NCBI GenBank assembly: GCA_000934665.2
Contig: KZ538450.1
Coordinates: 1 to 64,000 of the forward strand
Reading direction: 5' to 3'
Origin: Catajapyx aquilonaris
Taxonomy: Eukaryota
Length of the DNA: 64,000 bases
The position numbers and the translations under genes are program-made. Shown piece after piece: positions 39,780 to 51,026 of this stretch (its first letter is position 1; each line of letters begins with the position of its first letter). The notes under the pieces were generated by a model that was given only the letters and a program-made list of their open reading frames with translations, had not been told where the DNA came from and did not search any database.

Positions 39780-40080
39780 CCTGGAAGTTTGGAATTGGAA
39801 TATCGATAAACCTATATCGTTCAACGATAAATATCGTTAAAGTTCTTGGATCTGTATGACTGTGTATGACACTGGGTTTGTGACTTACATTTACATCCAG
39901 CCTAAGTCCGGATGTCCCACATGAAAATACATCGAGCGTTTAGCATCAGCGTTGCAATTTGTGAGATTCGCAGTAGAATACTAATATATCGATACGAATA
40001 TCAATACAAATATCGTCTGCACTAGTATCGATACATGAAATATCGATATATCCACCTGATCCAATCCGGAAGTGGCGACG
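39780..40080. promoter_or_regulatory. Probable bidirectional promoter with DRE (TATCGATA) cluster
   Basis: Four perfect TATCGATA palindromes (39801, 39987, 40026, 40041), near-matches, and an ETS-like CCGGAAGT (~40067), in CpG-rich DNA between divergent genes. Confidence 0.6.
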
Positions 40081-40625
40081 CCTTACTTCGTCATGTTCTA
40101 AACAGTTATAAAATAATAATATATTAGTTACATCTAGTCATGGAATCCCACCCAACTGTTGCACCACTCAATCCCGTAGCAGCACATCATAACATCTGCT
40201 TTAAAGAGCTAGTTAAATACTATTTGACAACTAACGTACTAGCCGGTACTAGCCCTGCCATCCATATCAGGCATAAATCGTACCTGCTACAAGACTGCTA
40301 TCTTATAACATATCCACATAACTATTACAAAAATAGCTGCTGCGCTACTTCATCTGACGATTATAACGACTACGAAATACAGTAATCACCTGTAGTGTAC
40401 AACTAGTACAAGTGTTAATTACTTTTCCGTAGTTTGATATAGTAAATAGGTACGGAGTTGGTGCGAATGTGTTATTGAAGACAATGCGTGTTTTGATGCA
40501 GACGTCATTTATGGCGTGTGATGCAGGATAATAGCAAGAGGATAATCTGCTTAGGAGTTGAGTCCTGCAGTTTGTGAAGAGACTTTAAGTAATAGAAAAC
40601 TTCCAACATTCAACATTGTGTTGGG

Positions 40626-42947
40626 ATGGGCAGCACAATGGCGAAACCAGGGCAGTTCACATCTCTTCGGGACTTAGCTGCCCATGATCCAGTACCTTCA
40701 GAGAGTTCGAGTTTGCAAGATGAAGATGAACCGCTTATAAATGTGATGGGATCCAAATTGGTTTTGGTGGATGAGCCAGATCAGCCTGAAACATTTTGCG
40801 TGCGGTGTCGTGCACAGACGTTGGCAGTTCCACATGCAGGGTGCCGGGCTAGTCACTTTGTCGATTATGCTGGAGGGGATTACAGCTGCAGTTCGGCAGG
40901 AGGCACGTCTGTGTTAGGGCAGGTGCCCGCTATTGACTCGGATCATTCAGATTTGATTCTCAATGTAAGGTAGTGCGATACAAAATGGCAGTCATTTTTA
41001 ATGCCATTTTAATGTACGGAAAACGAGCGAACGATCTGACGTCATCGTTTCTTCCATTGTTGCTTTTTGTTGACACTGTTTACTCATGTTGTTCTGTGAG
41101 GGTATGTCCATGGAAACCTTGATGTCAGATCGTTCTCTCATTTTGCATACATTAGTTTATATTTCAACAGGATAACACAGTGGCTGCTGATTGTTGACTC
41201 ATTTCCTCTCTCTCTCGTTCAGGATGACAGTGCCGGGTGTTTGCAGAACTTGTACACTTTGGACCACTGCCATTCTCAGGTTGTCAACAATGATACCAAG
41301 TCGGCGCAAAATCAGCTTTTGGCTGCTAGTTTATTATGCCTTATGTTTATGGTAAGGAGAGATTGTCATACAATTCATGGGCCCATAATATTTAATACCA
41401 GTATTGTTGCAGATTGGAGAGGCTGTTGGAGGATATCTGGCAGGAAGCCTTGCAGTAATGACAGATGCAGCACACATGCTCTCTGATTTCACCAGTTTCT
41501 TAATAAGCCTTTTTGCAATCTGGATTGGGAGGCGTCGACCTACCAAGCGCATGTCGTTTGGCTATCATCGGGCTGGTAATACACGTGCACGCTTTCAGTT
41601 ATTATTGGCTCTGCCATTGTCATCACAGTCTTTAAAAAATTTTGACCTCCCTCACACCTTGCATTTGGAGAAGGTGAGAGTGGGCAAATTGTAATCATTA
41701 CTTATGTGCTACTAATTCATTGTTAACTTCCCATTATTCTGTGTACATTGGTTTTTCAGTAGCCTATTTCAAAAAATTGCACTAATTTTGTAATCATTTT
41801 CAGAAATCCTAGGTGCATTGGTTAGTGTGGTGGTCATCTGGGTGCTAGCAGGAATTTTGGTTCACCTTGCTGTCAACCGCATCATAAGTGATCAGTATGA
41901 GATTGATGCAGACACTATGATTATAGTCTCAGGTATAGGAGTGGCTGTCAACATAATGTGAGTAGACTTGAAGTTTTTCACTTACATGATTTTAAAGTAT
42001 CAAATATCCATATTTATGTCATTAGGATTGGTCTGGTACTGCATGGCATGTGTCACAACATAAATCATGGCCACAGCCACAGTCAGAGTCTGCAGAGTCC
42101 TGTGGATAATGATTACAATGACAAACCTGATGAAAACAAGAACATAAACGTTCGTGCTGCATTTATACACGTGATAGGTGATCTCATACAGAGTGTGGGC
42201 GTGCTGGTGGCAGCATACATCATAAAGTATTACGTAAGAGACTTGAAATGCATATCAATCTCATCCAACCTCATACTTTCAATATGTTATTGGCTAAATT
42301 TTAGTTATAAGTTCACCAAACAAACCACGTTAGATTAATAACACGTATGAGGCGGATGATGTGCTGGGGAAAATCATGATGGGAACATTTACTTACATAA
42401 ATATTTTTTTCAGCCAAATTACAAGATAGCAGATCCAATTTGCACATTCATATTCTCCTTCCTGGTGTTTCTTACAACGGTGAGAATCCTTTCGGACACA
42501 GTGCATGTGCTGATGGAAGGATTTCCACATAACCTGAACTACAATGCTGTCATGCAAGACCTTTTGAGCATTCATGGCGTGAAAACAGTTCACAGCCTGC
42601 ACATCTGGTCCTTGACAATTGGGAAGAATGCAGTTGCAGTGCACATAGCAAAAAGTAAGTGATTCTTGAGTTGGATTTTACAATCCTCTATCAGAACATT
42701 CATGCCCACTCCTTTAGTACACATTAAAAGACAGTAACAAATTCTGCAGTGCGGACACATCTACAGCCAATATAACAGTATTCTTTTTTTCTCTACAGAT
42801 GACAGTGTGGATGCTGATAAGATACTAGTACAAGCATCAAATATACTTAAACAAAAGTACAGGTTATGTTACACTACAGTCCAGATTGAGAAATACAATT
42901 CAGCTGTGATGGAAAAATGTCCACAATGCCAACCCCTTCACGACTAG
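40626..42947 (+). CDS. slc30a2: Cation diffusion facilitator zinc exporter, ZnT2/3/4/8 group (460 aa)
   Basis: Exons 40626-40964, 41223-41351, 41413-41575, 41804-41957, 42026-42233, 42414-42654, 42799-42947 (all GT-AG, in phase, 1383 nt). Motifs 'GGYLAGSLAVMTDAAHMLSD', 'SFGYHRAEILGAL', His loop 'HGHSHS', 'NINVRAAFIHVIGDLIQSVGV', 'ADPICTF', 'VHSLHIWSLT', C-terminal 'TTVQIE..CPQC'. Confidence 0.95.
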
Positions 42948-44351
42948 CCAGGCACAATCTAATGTTGGGGAGTCAGTTTGCCTTACAAGTTAATTACTAA
43001 ACCTGTTCTATGCATGGTGTAGGTGACGGGTGTGCCAAGTTTGACCTGGTCCCACCTGACAGCTTAAATCATTTTTCTGCAATGGGTTGTGCAGCATCTG
43101 TACTTGATCTTATAAATAAGATCCGGTGATGTTTTCCATGCCAAAATAAGTATTTTATGGCAAGTGGAGAAAGTTTTACAGGAGTCTCAGAAGTTTCAAT
43201 GCACAATTTTTAGTCATGTTGATTATTGAGGTTGGAGTTTATTCAATGTTAATAACTATCTCAGCAATGAGAACAAAAGGATGGTTGTGAGTTGGAATTT
43301 CTCTTTGTATATAAAGCACATAATGTAGTGTACATGCAATCAAGCAGAATGAGTCCCAATTCTGACAATAAAACCATACGTGCATATTTATGTTGTTACC
43401 AAAGCAATGGTGTGAACTCTCACCTGATGACAAAAATTTACATGTTTTCCCAAATGGTTTAGGGGAGTGGGTTGAGAAGTACAGCGTTCTGCACTGTGCT
43501 CAAGAGAGTTTCCGGCCATACGAGCACAGTGTTGGAGCACAACTTTCTCTTGAAGAGGGTGATGGACAGGGTCTTGGAGGAGAAGAAGGACAAACTGTTG
43601 TGGCCTGGCTGGACTTCTCATCAGCCTACACCTTGGGTCCCCACATAGCCTCGTCGGCAGCACTTTGGGTAGCTAGAGCCAGTGAGGTTATGGCTTCCAT
43701 CGTGGAGGACGTGCCGGGGTGGGGCTCACAGATGGGATTTCAATCTTGAATGGCATCAGGCAGGGTGACCTGTTGTCCTGATTGCCCTTAAACCTTGTCA
43801 TTGAGCCCGTTCTGTGGGATGTACAGCCAGTGACTTATGGAGGTGTTTGCAAGGTCTTGGCTTCGCGAATGACATCATCATCATCACGGACACACCCCAG
43901 GAGCTGCAGACCCAGTTGGAGATGTTCTGAGTTTCCATTCACGTAAACCCTGCCAAGACCCCAGTTAGGGCAAGGCCAACCACCTTTTCTCTGAAGGGAT
44001 GTCAGGTCAGATGTTTTCGGGATGGGGAATCCACCAAGTTCCTAGGGAAGCATGTGGGTTTTCAGGTGGTTCCTCAAGACTCCAAACTTGAGGAAAGTAT
44101 CTTGGTTGGGAGAATGAACCTTGGATCTGAGCTTGCACCTTGGCAGAGGCTGAATGGACAAAAAACATTTGTGTATCCAGCAAAGGTACGTATATCCCAT
44201 GCAAATGGGCTTGCCCCCAAACACAGCTTGGGCTGAGTTAGACTGAGAATTGCACCCTTTGGCAGGGATGTCAGATGTTGGTAGGCAATGTAACCCTGTT
44301 TAAATCTCCATACGCCTCACGTAGGCCACCGTCAATCGAGACACTATACCT

Positions 44352-46412
44352 GGGTCATTCCATGTCAAATCATCACAGCGATTGGCCTTGACCCCTCAGA
44401 TTTTGATGAAACTTGGTGTGTCTAGTGTCCTTACATAGTTATGAATGAAAACCAAAAGAAAGATTTTTTTTTTTTGCCTACCATTCAAGAGTTATTAAAT
44501 ATTAAATATTCCAATTTTGACTAAAAATTGCTGCGCCTTGAAATCCTCAAGTATTATTTTCTCAGGAACCAGATGAGATATAAACCTGGGGAATGTCTCA
44601 TATTGAAGGTCTTTCCATGGGCTTTAATTTAATATGTAACACGGCAGAGGTTATCATATTTATTACAATTTTTAAACTCAAATCTTTAAATTTAAATATT
44701 TCAAAAAATGATATTTTTAAAATTTTGAAAAAATTCCCAAAATTACTTTGTACTATCCTCTTGCATCTCCCAAATTGTCATTTTGGGCTCGCAATGGGAT
44801 CAGGTGATACAGAGAGCACACGTTTCACACATGCCGGAAAATACCCATCATACCCAATCGAGGTTTTCACAAAAGTCACTTATTGCCACTATCATCATTC
44901 CCAAGTTCAGGGTCACACTGGCTGGTGCTAGGGAGATCCTCTTCGGTAGGCCTCTCCTTCTTCAGCTTTGAAAACTCCTTTCTACAGCTATCACAGATTT
45001 TAGAATATTCAGGGATTCCTGGCACCAATGAGCACATCCATGGCGTAACAGATCTTAATCCCTTTCTTACACTGTCATGATGAGGCTTTTTAAAAGGGTT
45101 CACACAAGTCAATGTATCCAATGCAGCCTTTCCCATGGGATTCATGATGGAGGGGATTATTGTTAGAATAATAGCTTGCTAGTAATATGAACACTAGAAA
45201 TTCACAATAAAGCCCTACCACTCACTGCTCTGAATTTTCAGGAAACAAAAATGTCACAGTACAATTAAAATGATCCTACTATAGGAGGAGCACTAATGGT
45301 AGACTGACTGAAAAACATACCCTTGTGTAAACAAGTAGCAGCATGGGTTCAAACTTGTTCACACATACATATGCACCCACCCATCACTCACTTACTCACT
45401 CACTCACCCATGCCTGGTTGCACCAACAAAATTACCAGTCCGATAGCTCCTAACAGACCCGTAGCACATGTTAAAAGGTCTACCTATCACCTATCTGTCC
45501 GTTAGGAGCTATAGGACTGGTAATTTTGCTGGTGCAACCAGGCATCACTCTCACACAATAGATTTTTCGCAAGCTAAAACTAGAGGTGTGGATGGGAAGG
45601 GGCAATTAATAAGCTCTCATTCATTCACTCACTCATTCACACATACACACCCACCATCACACAATAGGTTCTCAAGCTAAATAGAAGAGTGGGTGGGAAG
45701 GAGCAATTAATAAGCTCCAGTCTGGTTTCTCCTTTTATACAATCTAAATCATTTAAAATTATTTAAAGTTTAGCTAAAATTCGTTCCATTAATTTATCTT
45801 AATTGTATTTTTAAAATGAAACTGACATTTACACCATAAATTCTTCATACTAAGAATAAAATGTTCATTAGGCACTATCATGGTTTTTAAAACTACAGAT
45901 AATAAGTGGCATTTCTCCATACATGTGAAGCATGTACTCTCTGTACCACTTGATCCCATTGCCAGCCCAAAATGAAACTTTGGGAGATGCAAGAGGATAG
46001 TACAAAGTAATTTTGGGAATTTTTTCAAAACTTAAAAAATATCATTTTTTGAAATATTTAAATTTAAAGATTTAATTGAGTTTAAAATTTTTAATACATA
46101 TTATAACCTCTGCCGTCCTACATATCAAATTAAAGCCCATGGAAAGACCTTCAATATGAGACATTCCTCAGGTTTATATCTCATCTGGTTCCTGAGAAAA
46201 TAATATTTGAGTATTTCAAGGTGCAGCAATTTTTAGTCAAAATTGGAATATTTAATATTTAATAACTCTTGAATGGTAGGCAAAAAAAATCCTTTCTTTT
46301 GGTTTTCATTCATAACTATGTAAGGACACTAGATATACCAAGTTTCATCAAAATCTGAGGGGTTAAGGCCAATTTTAATTCCAAACTGTGATGATTTGAC
46401 ATGGAATGACTC
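44352..46412 (-). mobile_element. Sola2-like internally deleted DNA transposon with ~490 bp TIRs
   Basis: Termini GGGTCATTCCATGTCAAATCATCACAG / CTGTGATGATTTGACATGGAATGACTC; 4-bp TSD ACCT; internal ORF 45145-44876 with 'CVNPF..H..LRSV..KICDSCR' zinc finger. Confidence 0.85.
45411..45544. mobile_element. Harbinger-like hairpin MITE inside the Sola element
   Basis: TGCCTGGTTGCACCA...TGGTGCAACCAGGCA with ~45 bp arms. Confidence 0.75.
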
Positions 46413-47419
46413 ACCTGCCCAACAGAGCCTTGAATGGCTACTTGTATGGTGCGCACCAGGCTGGTTTGTGTGGGATCCCTGTTCTTGCTGAGGAGTCTGA
46501 TCTGTACCTGAATGACTCGGATTCAAGGTTCTTGCCTCCCTGGATTAGGTAGCTCACACAGCTTTTCATAACCTAACTACAACAGTGTGTGGCCACCTTG
46601 GTGGTGGGAGGAGAGACCTGGATGCTGAGGCAGAAACAACAGGCAATATAGGCTATAAAACAACAGAAGGGCGGACATGTGGACCTCCATGAGGCTGTTG
46701 TCAATCAGGAACCAAATGAAGTGGTCCTTTGTGAACAGGCTCTGCATTGGCTCGGGGAGACATCAAGGTCTTGCCAAGAATGAGGAGGAAGGTGGTGGCA
46801 ACACTGCAGAGTGTGGCCAAACAACCAAGGCTTGAAGACCTGTCCAGCCAGGGGGAGATGATGGAGTGAGTCACTCTCTACCCCAGCTCCAGCCATTTCC
46901 TTGCCAAGAGTGAGTCAGTTCACCCACTTCGCCAACTGATGCTTCATCCATCAGGCTCATTTTGGGATTGTCCTCCTTCACTAACCATGGATTGTCCAGA
47001 CAGCTATAAAGTGCAGGAAATGTAGCGCACCAAATTAGACCTTACCACATTGTCTGTCACTGAATGCCCATGACCGCAGTGTACCAATGACTCAGGAAGG
47101 TGGATGGATACAAGCACCCATCATGTAACCAGATAATGATTCTGGGGTCCCTCTTATGGCTGTACCTGGTGATCTCTCAGGGCATGGCATCGCTGATTAT
47201 ATGTTACCATACCTTTCAAGAATCGTTGGGAGGCATTGATGGAGGCCGGGAGACTGAAGCATGTGGCCATTGCCGACCATTTCCAGCTTTACCTTCCAGA
47301 GGATCACCATAGATGCCATAATTGTTGGGGCTTTGGGTAGCTGGGACCCAGCTACTGATTGCGTCATGAGAAGACTGAGACAGATCCTACCTGAAGCTCT
47401 TCAAAATACTACTTGTGGT

Positions 47420-47700
47420 GGGGGCGACATGGTGGCGGAGTGGTTAGCGTCACAGCCTTCCACCTCTAAGGTCCCGAGTTCGATCCCCGGGTCGCGCAGA
47501 GGATACTTATGTGGATAGAGTTTCGATGGGTTCTCTCCGTGTTCGCGTGGGTTTTCTCGGGGTTCTCCCGTTTCCTCCCGCAATCAAAAAAATCCATCAC
47601 ACGCAGGCAATGATTAAAGTCGGTTCACGAAAAGAAGGTCCCCTAAGAGGCCCAAGGCCTATCATGGGGTATCCATTATTACTATTATTACTACTACTTG
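47420..47700 (+). mobile_element. tRNA-derived SINE with V-domain-like core
   Basis: A box GTGGCGGAGTGG, B box GTTCGATCCC, V-like core, ATT/ACT tail. Confidence 0.88.
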
Positions 47701-48130
47701 TGGTGGTCTCACGATGTTTATGTATTACCAGGGTGAGGCGGTTCTAGCTTCTCCCGTTTCCTTTTTTAAACCTGCCCTTAATGTATGCCATGGTAATTGG
47801 TATTTTTTGTAACCAGTTGTTTTTGCTTTGTTCTCAAATCTACACATCATGGGATGGTTATAATATAATTGTTGTACCGGTACTTGTAGTAATGCAATTA
47901 TGTTTTATGAGCCATATAGTTTCTTTATGCTATGATCTCCAGATTGTTTATGTTTTTCAAATGACAAGGTCAAATCTATAGAAAAATATGTAAGCAGTAT
48001 TGTGCCATGATGACAGTCACTATTCCACATTAATTTTCTCAATCCACATTCCACATTCAAGTCAAAAACATGAACCTCTTTTCCTTCTCTCTCACTCCTT
48101 CTCTGTATACCTTATAGCCAGATAGCCTTA

Positions 48131-49621
48131 GGGCCTGTTCACACGTGGCCACTTCAGTCGCGCGCCACAGCCACAGCCTACTGCAGTTGCTGACTTCCGG
48201 CACTGCAAGCGCTCGAGTTGGCCACTGCACTGGGGCAGACGCTCGCCACAGCAGGTGGGCCAGATTCAGTATGGCAACCAGTGGCTTTAAATGCATTATT
48301 GCTAATCCTTCTCTTGACAAGGAATAAAAAGTGGAGGCAAAACAGGAAAATTCATGTTCATCCTTGCCTGGAAGGGTTGTCATCGAAAGGACTGTATCAT
48401 ATACTATTCCAAGATCTGAGGCAAGATGATGAAAGGTTTTTTCCCCCCGGTATTTTCGGCACCTGATGCGTCCCAAATATCGGGATAGGTGCATAGGCCT
48501 CAACTTCAGATATAAAGTCTTCGATATTAATTTCCTTCACTAATTGCACAATCCAAGGTGGTAAACTAGCTGCCCTTTCCTCGCGGCATGAAATACAGGG
48601 TCATCGAAATAGAATGTCCCATTTAAAAAACCCTATAACTTGAAAACTTGCAGACATATCTGAATGATTTAAGTTTTGAAATACTAAGAAAGGTCTACAG
48701 TTTTGGTTTCAGGTTAGTTTTATTTTGATATGAGCTTCATTTATAGCTAGGCAGATTTAAGAACCTGTATTCGGTGTCGGGACAAGCCCTATCAATCACA
48801 TCTGGAGTTACCGTTGCAATCATATCCCATAGGTGCTGGATCTCTCTGATATTTACACCACAGACATTGTTCTTGATGATAAAAATAAAAAAAGTCGCCT
48901 CATCCATGAAATAAACCTGCTGTAGAAAATTTTTATTTGTTCAGCTTCCCAGTGTGAGAAGTCTCGTATGAGAAATTTCTCCATGCCTAGCCCCTCCAGA
49001 AGCCCAGATTTTACCCCGATTGACTTTTTTGTGGAGATACATGTATGGTGACAAGATTCGGCACCACCATTACCTACGAGAAAATATTTCAGCGGTAATG
49101 CCAGACATGCCTGAGCAGGTTAGGCAGGACACTGATTGCCATATTTACATTTTTTGAGCGACAAATGGAGCTCATATCGAAACAAACTATAGTAAGACCA
49201 GAACTTGAGACATTTCTTAACATTTCAAAACTTAAATCATTAAGATATCTCTACAAGTTTTCGAGTTATAGGATTTTTAAAATGGGACATTCTTTTTCGC
49301 TGACCCTGTAGCATGGACATATGACTGGGCCTGTGGGCCTGTTCGGGCGTGAGTGGCCTGTGGCTGTGGCTCCGTGTGAATGCACCAATGCAAACCAATG
49401 GTACGCTACCGAGTGGCGCCTAGCCTTGAGCGCTTGTAGGAGCAAAGACGCTTGGGCCTGCCACTCAATCGCGCGATCGAGCAACTTCTAAGCCACTCCG
49501 AGCCCACAGACGCCTACCCTCGCCACTGCAGTGGCCACGTGTGAATGCTCCCATTTAATCCTGTGTATAAGCAATGGTGGCGAGCGTCTACCACTAAAAG
49601 TGGCCACCTATGAACCGATCC
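48131..49621. mobile_element. PIF/Harbinger non-autonomous element carrying a Tc1-like insertion
   Basis: TTA|GGGCCTGTTCACACGTGGCCAC...GTGGCCACCTATGAACCGATCC|TTA; subterminal GTGGC repeats. Confidence 0.7.
48596..49308. mobile_element. Tc1/mariner (maT/rosa-like) deletion derivative
   Basis: TA|CAGGGTCA...TGACCCTG|TA; transposase C-terminal remnants 'SPDFTPIDFF' and 'ATNGAHIE'. Confidence 0.8.
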
Positions 49622-49787
49622 TTAGGTGCTTGGCTTCTTCCCAGTGATCCTTCAGTCAATCATCTGTTGTAACACATTCCATATGCATGCTGATTGACCA
49701 AGGGCATTACAACAATAACTAGCATGGGACTTCTTGTGCCAAACTTGTAGTGTAGGAGAAGTCAGCCATTTTACTTTGACTCCACAT

Positions 49788-50191
49788 CAGGGGCGTAGCA
49801 AGACTCTTGGGGGCCCTGGTGCAAAAAGGTACGAAGTGCTCCCCTCCAGTGGCCATGATATAAGAGACCCCAGTATTGGCAGTAGACTATGAGCCATTAC
49901 GTATTACTATTACTATTACTGGTAATGATTTCTTATTGCAGTGTTTTTGTGCCATACTGATTACTGACACTGCGACTGCAAGAGTCTCACAGTGAGATAG
50001 TAAGACCCCGAATTGATTGGATCAAGCCCGCTTTCTTACGTCTTATAGAATACAGGTTATAGATGAATAGGCCTATTATGGATTTTGGTTTCCTCCAATT
50101 TTTCTAAAACTCGTCAGAAAATTCAGGGGCCCTTTTGCTCGAGGGCCCTGAGGCAGTCGCCCCACCTGCCCCTATGGTAGTTACACCCCTG
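49788..50191. mobile_element. hAT MITE
   Basis: CAGGGGCGTAGC...GTTACACCCCTG; 8-bp TSD CTCCACAT. Confidence 0.88.
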
Positions 50192-51026
50192 CTCCACATC
50201 CCCTAGCGGTCCCCTAGTATCCCTAATCATAGTACAGTACTTATGGTCCATTACAGGAAAATTCTTCACAGCAATGGAAAACAACATATTTCAAAAAAGT
50301 TTATATGACACTTCAATGTTACATTTGAAAACGACCCTGACAACGACCTGCCAACCATGCTACAGGAATCAAGGTGGGTTTTGTTTTTCTGGATACAAAA
50401 AACTTTTGGAGTTATTGCAACTGACTGATAATGCTAACAGTTCAGCAAAGTAACAATATCTTAGCTCAGCACAAAACCAATGTGACTGGAATGTTACTGA
50501 ATCAGGCATTATCATCATTAAATTAAATTTAATTGTTATCAATATTGCATTTGGTCTTCTATTCCCCTTGTGTCTGGTGCCTCGATAGGGTTGAAATTAT
50601 TCTGAAAGGCAAAGAATGCTGAGTTCTAAGACACTGACAATGCTATTATGAACGAGCTTAACAACATTAGTAACAATATAGTAAAGAAGTTTTTGTTACA
50701 CTTGCCAATTCTCTGAGGTACTAAACTAAGCAGGTACAATGGCCTGTAAAATTGGTGCTTTCATGACTATAAAAATGATTGTTTTCAAAGTGTTTCTTTG
50801 TTCACTTGATGTGGCCCTTATGCAGGCTGTCAACTAGCCCTTTCCAAGCCACAAGCTAAAATTATTTCCACATGTATTGACTTTTGAATCTTGTTTATTT
50901 TCAGTTATCTATGCCATATCTTCGCAGAATCAGGACAATTTCTTTTGCTTCGAATCAATCATGAGCACCAGTACTAACAGTGAAGAGTGGCTACCCTTGC
51001 ATTTGTGACTTGATAAATGGTTCAAT

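Larger units (their letters stand above)
43400..47415 (+). mobile_element. Decayed RLE-type non-LTR retrotransposon (Utopia/NeSL-like), split by a Sola2-like element
   Basis: RT remnants 'VVAWLDFSSAY', 'GIRQGDLLS', 'LGFANDII', 'SELAPWQRLNGQKTFVYP'; CCHC remnant 'CRKCSAPN*TLPHCL'; RLE C-terminus 'IDAIIVGALGSWDPATD'; many stops and frameshifts. Confidence 0.8.

Noticed and set aside
39374..39859. 161-aa plus-strand ORF
   Set aside because: No recognisable motif; overlaps probable 5' exons of the minus-strand gene.
47420..47495. tRNA gene (also at 26060, 30245, 31822, 60745)
   Set aside because: A/B boxes run into SINE bodies and tails; no complete cloverleaf.
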